Source of the DNA: Azolla caroliniana | Taxonomy: Eukaryota; Plantae; Polypodiophyta | Length of the DNA stretch: 64,000 nucleotides | Assembly (NCBI GenBank): GCA_043228905.1 | Contig: JBHGNT010000010.1 | Span: 6,944,001 to 7,008,000, forward strand | Direction: 5' to 3' | Shown here: positions 41,317-52,381 of the stretch, piece by piece | Position numbering within the stretch: the first letter of the stretch is position 1 | How the letters are laid out: the number at the start of each line of letters is the position of its first letter | Program-made: the position numbers and the translations under genes | Notes under the pieces: generated by a model | Databases searched by the model: none | Seen by the model: only the letters and a program-made list of their open reading frames with translations | What the model was told of the DNA's origin: nothing

Positions 41317-41432
41317 AAGCTCGGCAATGTAAATATTGTGAGATAGCGGTTCGATGTAAATTGCCCGAGCTTGTCGACTCCTAAGGCCTTAGTGAAGATG
41401 TCAATGACTTGAAGATTCGTGTTGATGTGCTG
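41317..41432. repeat. 116-bp copy of the flank 25214-25329 (copia B RNase H end) replacing the PBS/leader of element C
   Basis: AAGCTCGGCAATGTA...GTGTTGATGTGCTG occurs at both places with 2 mismatches. Confidence 0.95.
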
Positions 41433-41887
41433 TGTTACCCGTTCCTTTGGGTGAACACCTTCGATAGATCTGCATCTATCGGTCTTCAAGGGCGTGGTAC
41501 GTGAAGGCTCGTAACAGAGGCGTCGAGAGAGATACAGGGCTCAGAGAGAAAACACTAGCGAGGTCTTGATAGACGTGGCGGCGTGAAACTCATAGGTATG
41601 GATCAAAGCACAGACTCATGCAGCAAAAATAAGCACAAATAAGATATATTACTATGACAGAAAAGATTACAGAACACGGCCTATGGCCGGTGACCTTACG
41701 AGTTTGTCTAATTACGAAGGACTAAGCTAGTGCTTCCGCCTATATTTTTTCTTCTCTCCCTCTGAGGTATTGGTCCTCGTTTAAATAACTTTTCCCCTAA
41801 TACACAGCCGAGCCGTCGGTGGCCCGTGATACTCGGACTCGGCGTTTGCTAATTTCCTAATTTTACATTTCTGTCCTCTGGACAACA
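41433..41887 (-). repeat. LTR of element C (5' LTR by ORF orientation)
   Basis: 455 bp, about 99% identical to 25330-25784, followed by TSD TGCTG. Confidence 0.95.
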
Positions 41888-44429
41888 TGCTGTAAATCAA
41901 CACCTCCAACTTGAACGTGCTCTCGGATGAAGTGATAGTGCACTTCGATATGCTTAGTCCGCGCGTGGAACACGGGATTCCGAGCCACGTAGATGTTGCT
42001 CATGTTGTCGTAGTATAGGTGAATCAGATCCTTGATGGGAACACCCAGATCCTTCAATATGCGCTTCAACTAGACGACTTTGCATGCGGCGATTACCACG
42101 CCCTTATATTCGGGTCATGTGCTCGATAGTGCAACTGCGCGGATGCTTCTTACAACTCCAGGAGATTGCTCCACTGCCGAGGGAGAAGATGAATCCGGAA
42201 GTGGTTCGTCTATCAGCCTTATAGCCGCCCCAATCCGCGTTTGTGTACCCTTCGAGTCGAAGGACTATGTCCGACTTAAACATGACGTTGTAAACCTTTG
42301 TACCACTGACATACCGAAGTACCCTCTCAACACAATCGAGATGAACATTTCATGGGTTCTGCATGAATTGGCTAAGGAGGCTGATGGAGTAGCTAAGATC
42401 AGGCCAAGTGATTGGATCGCATCCTTCTGTTCCCGAATCGGCATGGAGTTTGAGATTTCGATCGAGAGGGGTAGACACAGGCTTGCACTGAGTCATCCCG
42501 AACTTGTAGAGTAAGTTAAGAATGTAGTGTTGTTGAGAGACCAATATCCCGACTGGTGTCCGAATTACTTCGATACCAAGGAAGTAATGAAGATTGTGCA
42601 TATCTTTCATTTTGAATCTGCCGGATAGGAGTTATTTGACCTTATTGATCTCGGTGAGATCCTTTCCTCCGATGACTAAATCATCTGGTACGTACAAGAT
42701 GATGACAATAGGGTTGTTAGACTCGTTTCGGATGTATAGGGAGTTGTCCAATTTCGACATTTGGACCCGATTTAGTAAAGATACTGGGTGATCTTCGAAT
42801 GTCAAGCACGCGGTGCTTGCTTGAGGCTGTATAAAGGCTTTTTGAGTCGACAGGCTGCTTTCCGGTGTGTACTCAATTTGAAACCTGGCGGTTGAATTGT
42901 GAAGACTTCTTTCTAATTCTCCTTGTAGGAAGGCGTTCTTCACATCCATTTGGTGGATATGCCACCCTTGTGCAGTTGCAAGAGCGATGACTGTCCGAAC
43001 AGTCGTCATCTTTGCCACTAGGGCAAAGGTTTCCTCATAATCGATTCCGTGCGTTTGATTGTATCCCTTAACGACGAGTCATGCCTTGTAGCGATTTACC
43101 GAGCCGTCGGCATTGTATTTTACCTTATATATCCATCTACAACCAATCGCGTTCTTGTGTGTAGACTGGGGAACGAGATCCAATGTTTTGTTTTTGCTTA
43201 AAGCTTGCATTTTTTAATTCATGGGTTTGATCCATTGCGGATCCTTGGCTGCCTCAGAAAAGGTTTCCGATTCTCGGACAATCGCCACCTTCATCATAAA
43301 GGCATAGTGGTATGCCATATACTAATCGTAGCCTAATCGATTAACCAGGTTTTTCTCTCTGGTGGAGCGACGAAGCTTCTCGTTTGTAGGGTCTAAGGCT
43401 TTCTTCATTGCATTTGTCCCAATGATTGGGATGTCCAGGCCTTCGAATTCATTGTCATGGGAGTGAGTTGACTAGTTGTCGATTGGATCTTCATATTCTG
43501 ACATCTTGGCCTTCCCTTTGTCGAGTTTCAAACTCAGCCGAGATGTGCTTTGGTTACTTTGGGGGTCTTGTGGTCCGCTCAGTCGAGTCGTGATCGGACT
43601 ATCTTCGAACATGTGTCCGAGTCGATTTTCGTCTTCTATCTCTCGTTCAGCCGATTCTGGGTCGACTGGAGTAGAAATCCGAGTCGTCTTTGGGTCAAGG
43701 GTACATACTCCATCCACCTCAACTCCGCCAGAACCTTCTTGAGGAGGGTCATCATTACAGATCTTCCTCGCTTCATCGAGATTGATTGCAGAACTTCCAA
43801 ACAAAGCCTCGTCCACTTCTCGCTCCCTCCCATACGTTTTCGACCGACATTATGTAGGTGAGTCCTTCGTAATGGTGGGAGCACGCGGGGAAGACCTTCT
43901 TGATGAAATTCCCGAGTTTCGTCATCGTAACACTGCTTCATGGATATCCAATATGACGAATCAGGTGTTCACAACTCGTGAGACCATTTTCCACGACTTG
44001 TCGTATGCTTAGATGCATCGGAATTGTACGTCCGAGACGTTTAGGATACACATCGTATGTAATGTTTTGAATTCACATTTATATAATATAATTGTGGGTT
44101 TTCACCATAATGAAGAAGAGATATTTAACCCAATGCAGACAATGAGGTTATGGGTTCAACCCTTACATTTTCCGTAATGGCATCTAATAGATTTAGAAGA
44201 TATGTGTGGAATAATTGATAGGGAGGAAATGGGGTCTTGAAGGCCGAAAGGAGGATTGATTCAACGGGGTTCTCGGGGAGAGGAAAGGGCAGACAGGTTG
44301 GCTGTTGGAGTATCTTAATGGTCTTGTCCGAGAGTGAGCGAGGCGCCGAGATACACATATGTATAGCCTTTTTTCTACAAATGGTGAACACTCTTGGTTC
44401 ATTCACCTTCACCTTTGATATGAGAGTAA

Positions 44430-44443
44430 GAGAGAGAGAGAGA

Positions 44444-44504
<61 letters not shown>

Positions 44505-44676
44505 GACAAGTGTGTTGGCCTGGCCATCTTCTTCTTCTTCTTCTTCTATTACCATGTACTCTCACTTTCATAATGTGTGTTTGTGTGTGTGTGTGTGTGT
44601 ACAAAGTAATAGAAGAAGAAGAAGACGAAGAAGAAGAAGAAGATGGCCAACACACTTGTCTTGTGTGTGTGTGTGT

Positions 44677-44708
<32 letters not shown>

Positions 44709-44814
44709 AACAGAGAGAATCAGAGAGAAACAGAGAGAGACAGAGGGAATCGGCAACAGAAGGAAAGGAAGACGATGATATCCAGAGTGAGTGAACAGAA
44801 TCCCCATAACCCAA

Positions 44815-44845
<31 letters not shown>

Positions 44846-44926
44846 TCCGATTGATCTGCAAATCTAAATGTAGTTTTTCCTTCTTTCTCTGCATTCTCTT
44901 TATCGATTCCTAATTTCTTTTTTTTT

Positions 44927-44975
<49 letters not shown>
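44430..44975. repeat. Microsatellite cluster (GA, CA, CTT, GT, GAA, CT) with an inverted repeat at about 44485-44552 / 44606-44677, upstream of SNX1 and in its first intron
   Basis: Arm ACAAGACAAGTGTGTTGGCC..ATCTTCTTC..TATTAC is the reverse complement of GTAATAGAAG..GATGGCCAACACACTTGTCTTGT. Confidence 0.9.
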
Positions 44976-44977
<2 letters not shown>

Positions 44978-47900
44978 TTCTTTGCAGCAACGGAGCTCTC
45001 TAGGGATGCCCAGCCCTATTTCTTCTCAACCTCCTTTCCTTCACGTTTCTGTCTCAGACCCTGTGAAGCTCGGCAATGGCGTCCAATCCTACATCTCCTA
45101 CCGCATCACCACCAAGGTCAGTTCCCTCTTCTTCTTCTTCTTCTTCTTCTTTCCTTTGCTTCATAGGAATGTAGATTTCCTAAATTTTGCCTGCTGTTTT
45201 TTCTTTTCTTCAATGAATGCTTTCCTTTACTCATATCCATATCAAATGTTTCTTATTCAGCCTGGTGAGTGAATGATCTCCGTTCTCTCTGAAACAAAGA
45301 AATATTGTTCAGTTTGACAATATCCTTTCTTTGTTTACCGAAGAAAAAAAATGTGTTCATCGGTTTAATGATGAATCCCGTTCTGTCTGAAGCTAACCTT
45401 TTCGCTTAGTTCCGGTCACTTTCTGTTCAGTTCTATGTTTTCCTTCCACTCTGAAATATAATTTGATTTTCTATATTTTCCAGCATAATGCTTTCCTTCC
45501 TTCCTTTCTTAAAACATTCATTTCATCTTTGTTTAGTCAAATTCTTTCCTTTTCTTTTTCAAATTTGCATTTCGTGTATTTTCTGCTCGATGTTTTCCTT
45601 CTTTCTGCGTACCAATCTGGAAACTTGTTATAATTCGATATGACGTTGCACACATCTGTTTGCATCTGATATGGCACTGTCTCTTTCCAGAGCTTATTTG
45701 TACACATTTGAATTCCATGGGCCAGAAAAGATAGTCAGTAAAAGACACATACCTTCCACATTGAAAAATAGATGCATCCCTGTCTATTCTTCCTGATACA
45801 TCTATTTCCTTCTTTATTATCATGTAGAAGGTGGAAATTTGCTATAAAATCGAGGATATGGCATTGTACAAATTTGTATTTTGTTATCGCAGTCTATTTG
45901 CTGTTTCTGTTCATGCTTCTGAATTGAAAGTATACCTGTATCACTGATCCAGAAATATTTTATCGAGGATATGGCATTGCAAAACTTTGTATCTCGTTAT
46001 CTTAAAGTTTCTTTGCTATTTCTATTCATACTTCTAAGTTACAGTATACCTGTATCACTGATCTGGAAATGTTTTATTAGACAAATATGCCTGAATTCCA
46101 TGGACCAGAAAAGGAAGTGATACGTCGCTATAATGATTTTGTATGGCTCCACGAGAGACTTGCGGAAAGTTTCAAAGGCATTTTCATACCGCCACTTCCT
46201 GAAAAAAGTGCTGTAGGTAAGTTTATAACACTTAAACAAACTTATGTTTGCAACCAATTTAAGACATGTCAGATGTTCTCTCTTGTATCAAGCTGTGTCA
46301 GATGCTCTCGAAATGTATGCCTTCTTGTAGAAAAATTCCGGTTCAGTGCTGAATTCATCGAGTTGCGCCAAAGAGCATTGGATGTGTTTCTCAATCGGAT
46401 TGCTAATCATCCACATCTCCGTTCCAGTGAGGATTTCCAAAGTTTCTTACAAGCAGATGAAGAATTATGGGTAAAGTTGCAGCGATACAAATTTTATTCT
46501 GCTTTACATGATTTGCTCATCAAAGAGAACTTAGAATCATTCAGTTCAATTGTAAAATTTGCAATCTGCTCTTTGCAGGCAGCTGAACGTGCAAGAATAC
46601 AGGAAGGGAGCATGTTTCAGAAGAGACCAGGAGATTTCATGCAAATGTTTAAAGTGAGAGCACATGAATTTATTAACATGTAAACACATTTTTCTGTCGT
46701 GAAAATCAGTTCACATTCATTAAACTGTGGTTGTTAAAAAGAAGTATGAATTATTGTAGATAAGTTCGTCATATTCATTTCCAAGATCTCAAGAGTGCCT
46801 TTTCTTTTGCAATATCAGGTAGTCCATTTCCTGTACACAGTCATAACTCATGAATATGAAAGCATGTCATGTTCATGGAAAAATAAATATATCAATAATA
46901 TCATAGATAAACTGTTTTATGTCCCTCCTGGAATCCACAACTTGCATAAAAGGCACAGGACAAATGTAAAGGCAGATATTTGGCATGCCAACAAGAGGGG
47001 TTTTCAGAGATGTGAACATGGGTGAACTGCCAACAAGGGGGTCGCATCAACTTTCTCTAACCAGTGCATGCTTGCCCTATTACACTTTATCTGCCATATC
47101 AATCACTTTATTGAAGTCTTAATTAGTATCAGAGAAACATTCCTAGTTTTAAAGGTTTCTCTAATGGAAAATCTTGTGGTTTTGTAGTTCCGGGGTAGTT
47201 GTCTTAGATGGCCCTGTAGAGAGTGATAGGAGCAATGTTCACGCTTGAACACAGAATGCTATAACATGTGTGTTTTAAAGGGTACTTAACTCAGCTGGTG
47301 TCAGAACAGATGGAGGAGATAAGAGGAGCAGGGATGTAAAGTTCAAGATCTCATATTGACCGAATGCTAGAACATGTCAAAACATCCATTTCAAGATTTT
47401 TGCAAATCCTTGAAACAACCATTTCAAAAAAAGCTGAAGATGTTTGACAATAAAAATAAAAAACATTTGTATGGAGCAAGTGCTGGAACATGCCATTATC
47501 TTTCTCCAAAGTTTTTTATGGACATGTTGAAAATAAAGACAGTACTTCAAAATTCCCCAAGGCTGAATATGAAATTGGATGCTTCACACAACTCATGAAA
47601 GCGAACTTGTTTCAGACAGCTGGGTCCAAGATATCTAGAAATGGTTTTCAAGATTTCATGTTGAAGAATATTTGGATTTTCATATAGAGGAAACAAAAGG
47701 GGCATGAGGGGGTTTTAGAGTTAATTCAAGAGTGGAGAGAAAAAGATTAGATAATACAGTTTTAGCTCAAAAAGTCTCTCTTCATTACATGTTCCATTAT
47801 AACGTATATAGAGGTGTAAAGTGTAGTAGGTGGATGCTGCATTGATGTCAGCCTTCCAATCAGTGTCCATATTCCTCTGTATAGTACCTTAAAAGTCTTT

Positions 47901-50900
47901 TAGATATATTTGTGCTTGTTCAGATTATATTCCTAAGGTACTACTTTCCTAACAAGTCCTTGGCCTTACTGTTTAGTCTGAATCTAATAACAGTGAGATT
48001 ATTACAACTATAACGAATTCAGTTTAATACCCCTTGGTGGACGGATACTACCTCCACATAAAAGGAAAATATGTGAGTACGCTTAAGCTCATGTCTGGAT
48101 AATAATGACCCACGAACTCACACATTGAAAATATAAATTGTGGATTGGTTGAAATGCAGCAGAAAAAGAGAATATGTGACCTATGCTACCTTAACCTATC
48201 CCTTTGGATTGCCTTGCATATGAGGACATTAGGCATGATTTTCAGGTATTTCCAAAAGGTTTTACTAGTTTTCAAGAACTCCTAATGATGACGTAACAAT
48301 CACCATTGATACCAGGCATGCTCATTGCTAGTCTAGTTGACCACAAAACCAAACTCCTGGAAGATCAAACCTGTAAAATTCGACAACTAGCGTGGTTTTC
48401 GGCTTCCATTTTCACAGTTTCTTTTTGTTCTACATTTAGAAATCCCCATGCCTTAAAGAGAGTGTTTTGGAAGGATTACTCATCCCATGGATCCCTTTCG
48501 ACCTTAACATATCATCGTCATCATCATCTCTCTCTCTCTCTCTCTTTGACACGTATCTCCTTGCACATGCACTCTTGATTTTGAACTCTAGACGAATATT
48601 TTTCTTGTGCTTACTTATCTGTATGGAAATTTTGAGTTTAAGAGTCATCGCTAATCATGCTTAAGGTTTCAACTATAGCAGGATTGTTGGGGTAGCCCCT
48701 GCATATGAATTTTATGTGAAACTCCCATAAAGTGTTTAACTACATATGGACGAGAGTTAATGAAGTTACCATGGGATCCAATCAAATTCAACTGGAGCGC
48801 AAGAAGCCTGTGTATTAAACAAGTAGTTGTTGAAGCATGCATGGATTTGTCATATAATACCAGTGATGGGATCATGCCTCTATTACATGAACTGATGTAA
48901 AGAGTCCTCCCTTTGTAATATATGCAAGAAATATCATAGCAAAATAGCTATTATCTACTTCGTGTCTGTTATTCTCCTAAGCCCTACTGTCATAGCTAAA
49001 TAGTTATTATTATTTTGTTTCCCTTATGCTTCGAAGCTCCAATATCATAACTAAACAGATATTATCTACTTTGTGACTCTTATTCTCCTAATTTCTCAAT
49101 GTGTCAGCAGTACATCAGTCTACGTACGACCACCACCACCCAGCAAACACCTTAGCCTCATTGCCTCTTATACTTCTACTCCATCGAACCCGGCATCATA
49201 GGCTCTGAAAAATTTTGGGACTCCATCCCCATTCAAATAGTCGACTTCTTCGACTGTGCTCCCCAGGGCTTCCGAGTCGTTTCTCGTTCACCCTTCTTCA
49301 GCGTATGTCCATCATGGCCTTCGACATTCCCTTCACCACGAAGCCTTCTTTGTCCACCTCCATCCTCCCTTGCCACCCTTCACGTCGGGTTCACCAAAGA
49401 TGTCACGGAAATCCACGTGCACGTGTCGGATAGGACGGGACCACGGGGGTCTTGGACTAGGGAGTCGGATGGTGGAGTTCTCGCTCTCAATGAGCCTCAG
49501 CCCTTTGGCTTTCCGCTCACGTCGGTTTCCGGCCAATGAAGATTCTGGGTTCAATAAGACGATTTACCGTGAACAAGGACTCAACTCAAATACATGAAAA
49601 CAAAGAGGAATATACACATATATATATGTCACAAATGGTTTACGATGAATCGGCTTACATGCCACGAGTTAAGAAATGGGAGCCGGCGAAGGCAAGTCAA
49701 GTAGGCCGCCGGGACTACGACGTCCACTGCTGGTCACGTCCCAAAGACGGTAGAGTGTTCCCATGCCACTTCGCCCTCCCTTCTCTAACCAGCCGTCACA
49801 CGAAATGCTCTCCCTCTGGGAGAGGAAGCCGAACCACCAAGTGCCGCCGCCGAAATGCCAAAGAGCCGCCGTTGTAGAAACCCCAAACCAAAACCAAACT
49901 CTCACAAGAAGAAGAAGAAGAGAGTAACACCTGAAACCCTAAACCGCACAAACCCTAACTCACACAAAACTAAGAACCCAAAACCCCCAAGAAGAAACCC
50001 TAAATCTATCACAAACTCTCACAAGATGAAGAACCAAAACGGAACACTAAACCTCCACTAAAGAAGAAGGAACCAAAGCCCACAAGACGATGACGACGAA
50101 GACCTAAATGAAACCCTAAAACGAAATAGGATGAGGAAGACCAAACTAGAAACCCTAAGGAAAATAAGAAGCAGAGAAAACTACCAAACCCTGAATAGTC
50201 TCTTTCAGAAAAAAAATGCTTGATGCAAAGATTTCAACTATGGAAAAGTTCCTTCACACGGTCTTTAGGTTTCTCGAGCTGATATTTTTCAATTATTTCT
50301 TCTTGTTTTGTGATTTCCATAAATGTAAATATCACTCTTTTTATCCTTTGTTCGCATGTTTTTCATAAGATTGCCAACTAAAACTAACTCTCTAATAAAC
50401 CTATCATTTCATCATCATAATAGTATTCTTCCTGCAGGATGTGCAATCAAAAGTCACAGATATTGTGCTTGGGAAAGATAAACCTCTCGAAGAATTCGAC
50501 CCTGACTATGAGAAACTAAAGCAGTACATCATTGAACTGGAAGATCATTTAGCAGAAGCACAGAAGCAATCCTTTCGGCTTGCCAAGCGTCACAAAGGTT
50601 GGTTATGAAACAAGGCTTATTTATTTTGAATTTTTATCTTTGTATTTCAGTTAACCCTATGTTTCTATTATCTTTTGAGGATTGGTCATGGTGCAGATCT
50701 AGGCCAGGCACTTGTGGACTTTGGGAAGGCAATTAAAGATTTAGGAAGTTGTGAGAATGCACAGCTTGAGAAGGCATTTTCTGAACTAGGCTCTCAAGCA
50801 GAGCTCCTGTCTTACAAACAGCAAAAGCAGGTAGGTTCAAACTTTCTGAATTGATACAGGGAATGGCTGTAGAGGCCTTGTTCTTACTTGTCTGCTTAAG

Positions 50901-52381
50901 TGTCTACTTTTAAAGCTGATGAATTCTGTGTTAATTGTAGGGTCAAGATTTGCTGATGAAATTTGAAGAGCCATTAAAAGAGTATGTGCGCATTGTGCAG
51001 GCAATCAAGGTAAAGTAGCTGATGCTCCACAATTTTCAAAATCTTAACAGGCTTATCCACATTGTATAAATTCTGGTCATAAAGGCTTACTAAGGGGAAG
51101 AACGGTAAGATTGAGTGATGATGTCTTCTGTAGGCCAAATTTGGCTTATGAAACAAATTGGATATAGAAGATCTAGTGTACAAACAAAAGTCTGAACTTA
51201 GTTAAGGATATGGAAATATCACCTAGACCATATATAGTGGACAAACGCTGTAGAAATACAACCATGAAAAATCATATACATGCCATTCTTAGACCTATAC
51301 CTTGTTGACTTGCAGTATCTCCTCTTCAATCATGCATTATGTGAGGCGGAGGAAATGATAGGAAAGATAGAATGAAATAAATAAAGATTAGCCTCTCATA
51401 AGGTCTCATCTGGGAGAATACCAAACCGAAATAAATGAATTATTTAAACAGCCTATGATACCCTGGCTACCCTTCCAGCATTTGGCCAAGAGTGTACAGC
51501 CATAGCCATTCCACGCTCTTGAGAAAGAAAAATGTAGATTGTTTGGAGAAGTGAATATGATTAATAGCAAGCCATGGTCATATGAATTCATGTATGTAAG
51601 TCATTGCATATTTTCATTTATATTTCACCTGACGATCTCATATATTTCGTAGTAAATGTGTACCTGCTGGTTTCATGCTTTAGATTTATTGCATGCATGC
51701 TTCCACTTTAGGATAGGGAAGGGACAATTTATTGAACAGGAATTCTATATTTTTGGGATCTGATATCATAAATTGTTCGACCTAAATATTTGCTTAAAAT
51801 TTTCTTCTTTTAGACTGTTATCACAGATCATGAAGTCGCTAACCTGAACCTCATTTTAGACTGTTATCACAGATCGTGCACTTGCTTTTAAGCAGCATCA
51901 GGAGCTGATGGAGTCAGCGAAATTGAAGGAACTTAACTTGTAATTGTTATGACTATCTTCAAATGGTTATTTTTTTCAATGATTTTTAACATTCTTATCG
52001 TCACTTACATACACGATATGGTGCAGGGAAAAGCTACGGTTTGTTCGTCCTGAGAAGGTACCTGAAGCAGAGGCAGACTATAAGGAGGTTTGTAGCACTT
52101 TCTTTTCCATGCATACATTTGTTTAAGGCAACTCATGAGCAACAAAAAATTTCAATTCATAGACACGGATCCAGAGTGAGGAAGCTCGGAAACGATTTGA
52201 GAAGATTGTGAAGGCAATGCAACAAGAAATGATCCGATTCCAGGAGCAAAGAACTCAGGATCTAAGTGCAGTTTTCTATGAATTTGCACGGACACAAGCA
52301 CAACTGGCAAATGATACTGCTGACGCATGGCGCACTCTCCTCCCAAAACTTGAGAATTGTAGTATTGATGTGGCAAGCTAA
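44775..52381 (+). CDS. SNX1: Sorting nexin 1 (PX-BAR), 404 aa, 11 exons: 44775-44786, 44988-45116, 46081-46216, 46331-46470, 46579-46653, 50438-50597, 50697-50830, 50941-51009, 51860-51939, 52027-52087, 52163-52381
   Basis: VSVSDPVKLGNGVQSYISYRITTK, RRYNDFVWLHERL...FIPPLPEK and RQRALDVFLNRIANHP (PX domain). BAR helices FEEPLKEYVR and ADAWRTLLPKLE. GT-AG sites give 1215 nt in frame. The 12-nt first exon is the least certain. Confidence 0.93.
45850..46080. repeat. Diverged tandem duplication (about 112-119 bp x2) at the 3' end of SNX1 intron 2
   Basis: ATCGAGGATATGGCATTG...GTATACCTGTATCACTGATC..GAAAT.TTTTAT at about 45850 and 45962. The second copy supplies the acceptor of exon 3. Confidence 0.8.
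49090..50200 (-). mobile_element. Probable TE-derived insertion in SNX1 intron 5 (GC-rich, with clustered AAACCCTAA motifs)
   Basis: Compositional shift from the AT-rich intron and several AAACCCTAA/AAACCCTGA copies at 49930-50195. No diagnostic domain recognised. Confidence 0.35.

Larger units (their letters stand above)
25330..41887 (-). mobile_element. Gypsy element C, non-chromovirus Athila/OTA-like, with extra 3' ORF; LTRs 25330-25784 and 41433-41887; TSD TGCTG
   Basis: Two 455-bp LTRs (TGTTAC...ACAACA) differing by about 5 transitions. TGCTG at 25325-25329 and 41888-41892. gag-PR-RT-RH-INT and the extra ORF all lie on the minus strand. Confidence 0.95.
24762..44040 (-). mobile_element. 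Copia element B (3' LTR 24762-25065; internal parts 25066-25329 and 41888 to about 44040), interrupted by gypsy C; 5' LTR missing
   Basis: LTR TGTAAAG...TCAACA with PPT GAAGGGGAG at 25066-25074. RNase H end HINTNLQVVDIFTKALG...SLRG joins KHIEVHYHF...DLQH across the C insertion. RT at 42350-43300. Degenerate protease-like DASKHTTS.GKW near 44000 (weak). Confidence 0.85.

Noticed and set aside
44125-44976. Long ORFs (283, 185 and 108 aa), and similar ORFs at 22422-22863
   Set aside because: Artefacts of stop-free microsatellites (ER, HT, CV, SL runs).
49930-50195. Interstitial telomere
   Set aside because: AAACCCTAA motifs are dispersed, not tandem TTTAGGG arrays.
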